A DNA stretch of 64,000 nt from assembly GCA_964016885.1 (NCBI GenBank), contig OZ024740.1:4464001-4528000 (forward strand). The letters run 5' to 3'. The notes beneath the pieces are model-generated. The model did not search any database. It saw only the letters and a list, made by a program, of their open reading frames with translations, and was not told the origin of the DNA. Source of the stretch: Eledone cirrhosa (Eukaryota). Of the stretch, positions 62,480-64,000 are shown in pieces. Position 1 is the first letter of the stretch; every line of letters starts with the position of its first letter. The position numbers were made by a program, and so were the translations under genes.

Positions 62480-63793
62480 CAGGGTTATTCAAAAAGAATG
62501 AACCGGTTTCATTACGCAATATTTTAATAGGGAAAAGCAATAGAAAACCCCAGCTAAGTCACAAGTATTCTACTGACAATCAACTTTTATTTCCTGTCTT
62601 ACAAGTGTTCAATGTGGCCACCACCTGCAGCACGGGCAACATCAATGCAATAAGAGAATTCCTCCCAGACGCGAATCAGCACTGAGTCACGATCCACTGA
62701 GTTGATCGCTGTTGTTATTCCATGTTTAAGGTCATTGAGGTTAGTGGGTTGCGGTGGATCATAAACGCGATCTTTTACATATCCCCCACAAGAAAAAAAT
62801 CACACACGGTGAGGTCTGGGGATCTCGCAGGCCAAGCACAAAGAGCAAGGTCTTGGACCCCTTTCTGATCAATCCATTGCTGGGGCACTTTTTCATTTAA
62901 AAAGCTCGAACCATCAGGTGCGAATGGGGCAGTGCTCCATCTTGTTGAATCTGCTTTCAGTGAAGTGAAGAGCTCGTTTTGGAGCATATCGAGATAGGTT
63001 TGTCCTGTAACAGTGTTTCCTTCAAAGAAAAAGAGACCATAAACCTTGTCCGGAGACACAGCACAGAAGACGTTCACCTTAGGGGCATCTCTTTCATACT
63101 CAACTGTTTCATGTGGGGGCTCTGTTCCCCAAATACGCACATTGTGATGATTGACTGTGCCGCTCAAGTGATTAGTCGCTTCATCACTAAAAATTAAACG
63201 TGAAATGAAGGTTTCGTCTTCCATCATCTCCAGCATCGATTCGCAAAATTCCTTCCGCTTCTTCTTGTCGTCATTGATAAGTGCCTGAATGAGGTGTAGT
63301 CTGTATGGTTTCAAATGTAGACGTCTTCTTAGCACACCCCAGATAGTGGATTGAGGGATCGCAAGCTCCCGGCTAGCCCGAATTGTGAACTTCCGCAGGC
63401 TGCCCTCAAACACAGCATGGATTCACGCCACTTGTTCCTCCGAAACTCGTGGTCGTCCTGGACCTTTTCCTTTACACAGACACCCACTCTCTTGAAACTG
63501 CTGAAACCACCGTCAAATGTTCTTAGGAGAGGGCGGATTAATGTTGAATCGTTTTCGAAAAGCACACTGCACCGTCACAACCGAATTTGTTTCCGCGAAC
63601 TCAAGAACGCAGAATGCCTTTTGCTGAGAACTCGCCATTCTGGAGGAAAACAAACAACTGAACATTGCCGGAGGAACGATGTGACTACAGCAACCCTGTG
63701 GCAACCCTTCAAAACTTAGAAAACTCCTCTTTCAAATGGTCACTGACTCATTCCATGACGATGCATGAAATCGGTGCATTTTGAATAACCCTG
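62480..63793 (-). mobile_element. Near full-length but disabled Tc1/mariner transposon, rosa/DD41D-like; transposase remnant 63638-62599
   Basis: TIRs CAGGGTTATTCAAAA in (TA)n. MASSQQKAFCVLEF...GRPRVS, FSDEA, NVRIWG, WPARSPDLTVCDFFL, GGHIEHL*; stops, frameshifts and a small deletion near the second Asp, so the spacing is not directly countable. Confidence 0.88.
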
Positions 63794-63816
63794 TATATAT
63801 ATATATATATATATAT

Positions 63817-63995
63817 TGTTATACTTTGGGAGGGTCATGTTGCCAATAAGAAACACACGCACCAGTTGCTTTCACTTCAATTTATTATAATAAATTTATA
63901 AATTTAGGAATTTATAAATTCATAAATTTCTGGTTGGTTGGTTGGTTCCACAACCAGATAGTTGTTTATATATTGTCAAAGTTCTTTCGTCACAC
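63817..63995. repeat. Dispersed repeat, copy 2 (may run off the window)
   Basis: Matches 50020-50190 with a small internal duplication (ATAAATT). Confidence 0.9.
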
Positions 63996-64000
63996 ATTCT

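Overview
Eukaryotic, repeat-dominated window; the SINE/LINE families and (TA)n-rich background suggest an octopus or other coleoid cephalopod (inference from recalled repeat families). The only host-gene sequence I found is absent from the ORF track: a 147-bp minus-strand exon (40109-39963) encoding part of the N-terminal cyclic-nucleotide-binding domain of an Epac2/RAPGEF4-like protein, so the rest of the window is probably intronic. Positions 1-39890 are a 29-bp satellite with kb-scale higher-order duplications; on the transcribed strand it starts only 72 nt after the exon's splice donor. Positions 40.2-64 kb are nested mobile DNA: a tRNA-derived SINE split by a CRE-like fragment and an RTE LINE (three TSDs visible), further RTE copies (one near full length), a CR1 fragment, a nearly intact Naiad-type Penelope-like element, DD37D and rosa-type Tc1/mariner elements, Nin-domain SINEs, and several fold-back elements, some with hammerhead-ribozyme-like cores. 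All coordinates were read by eye; no searches or folding were run.
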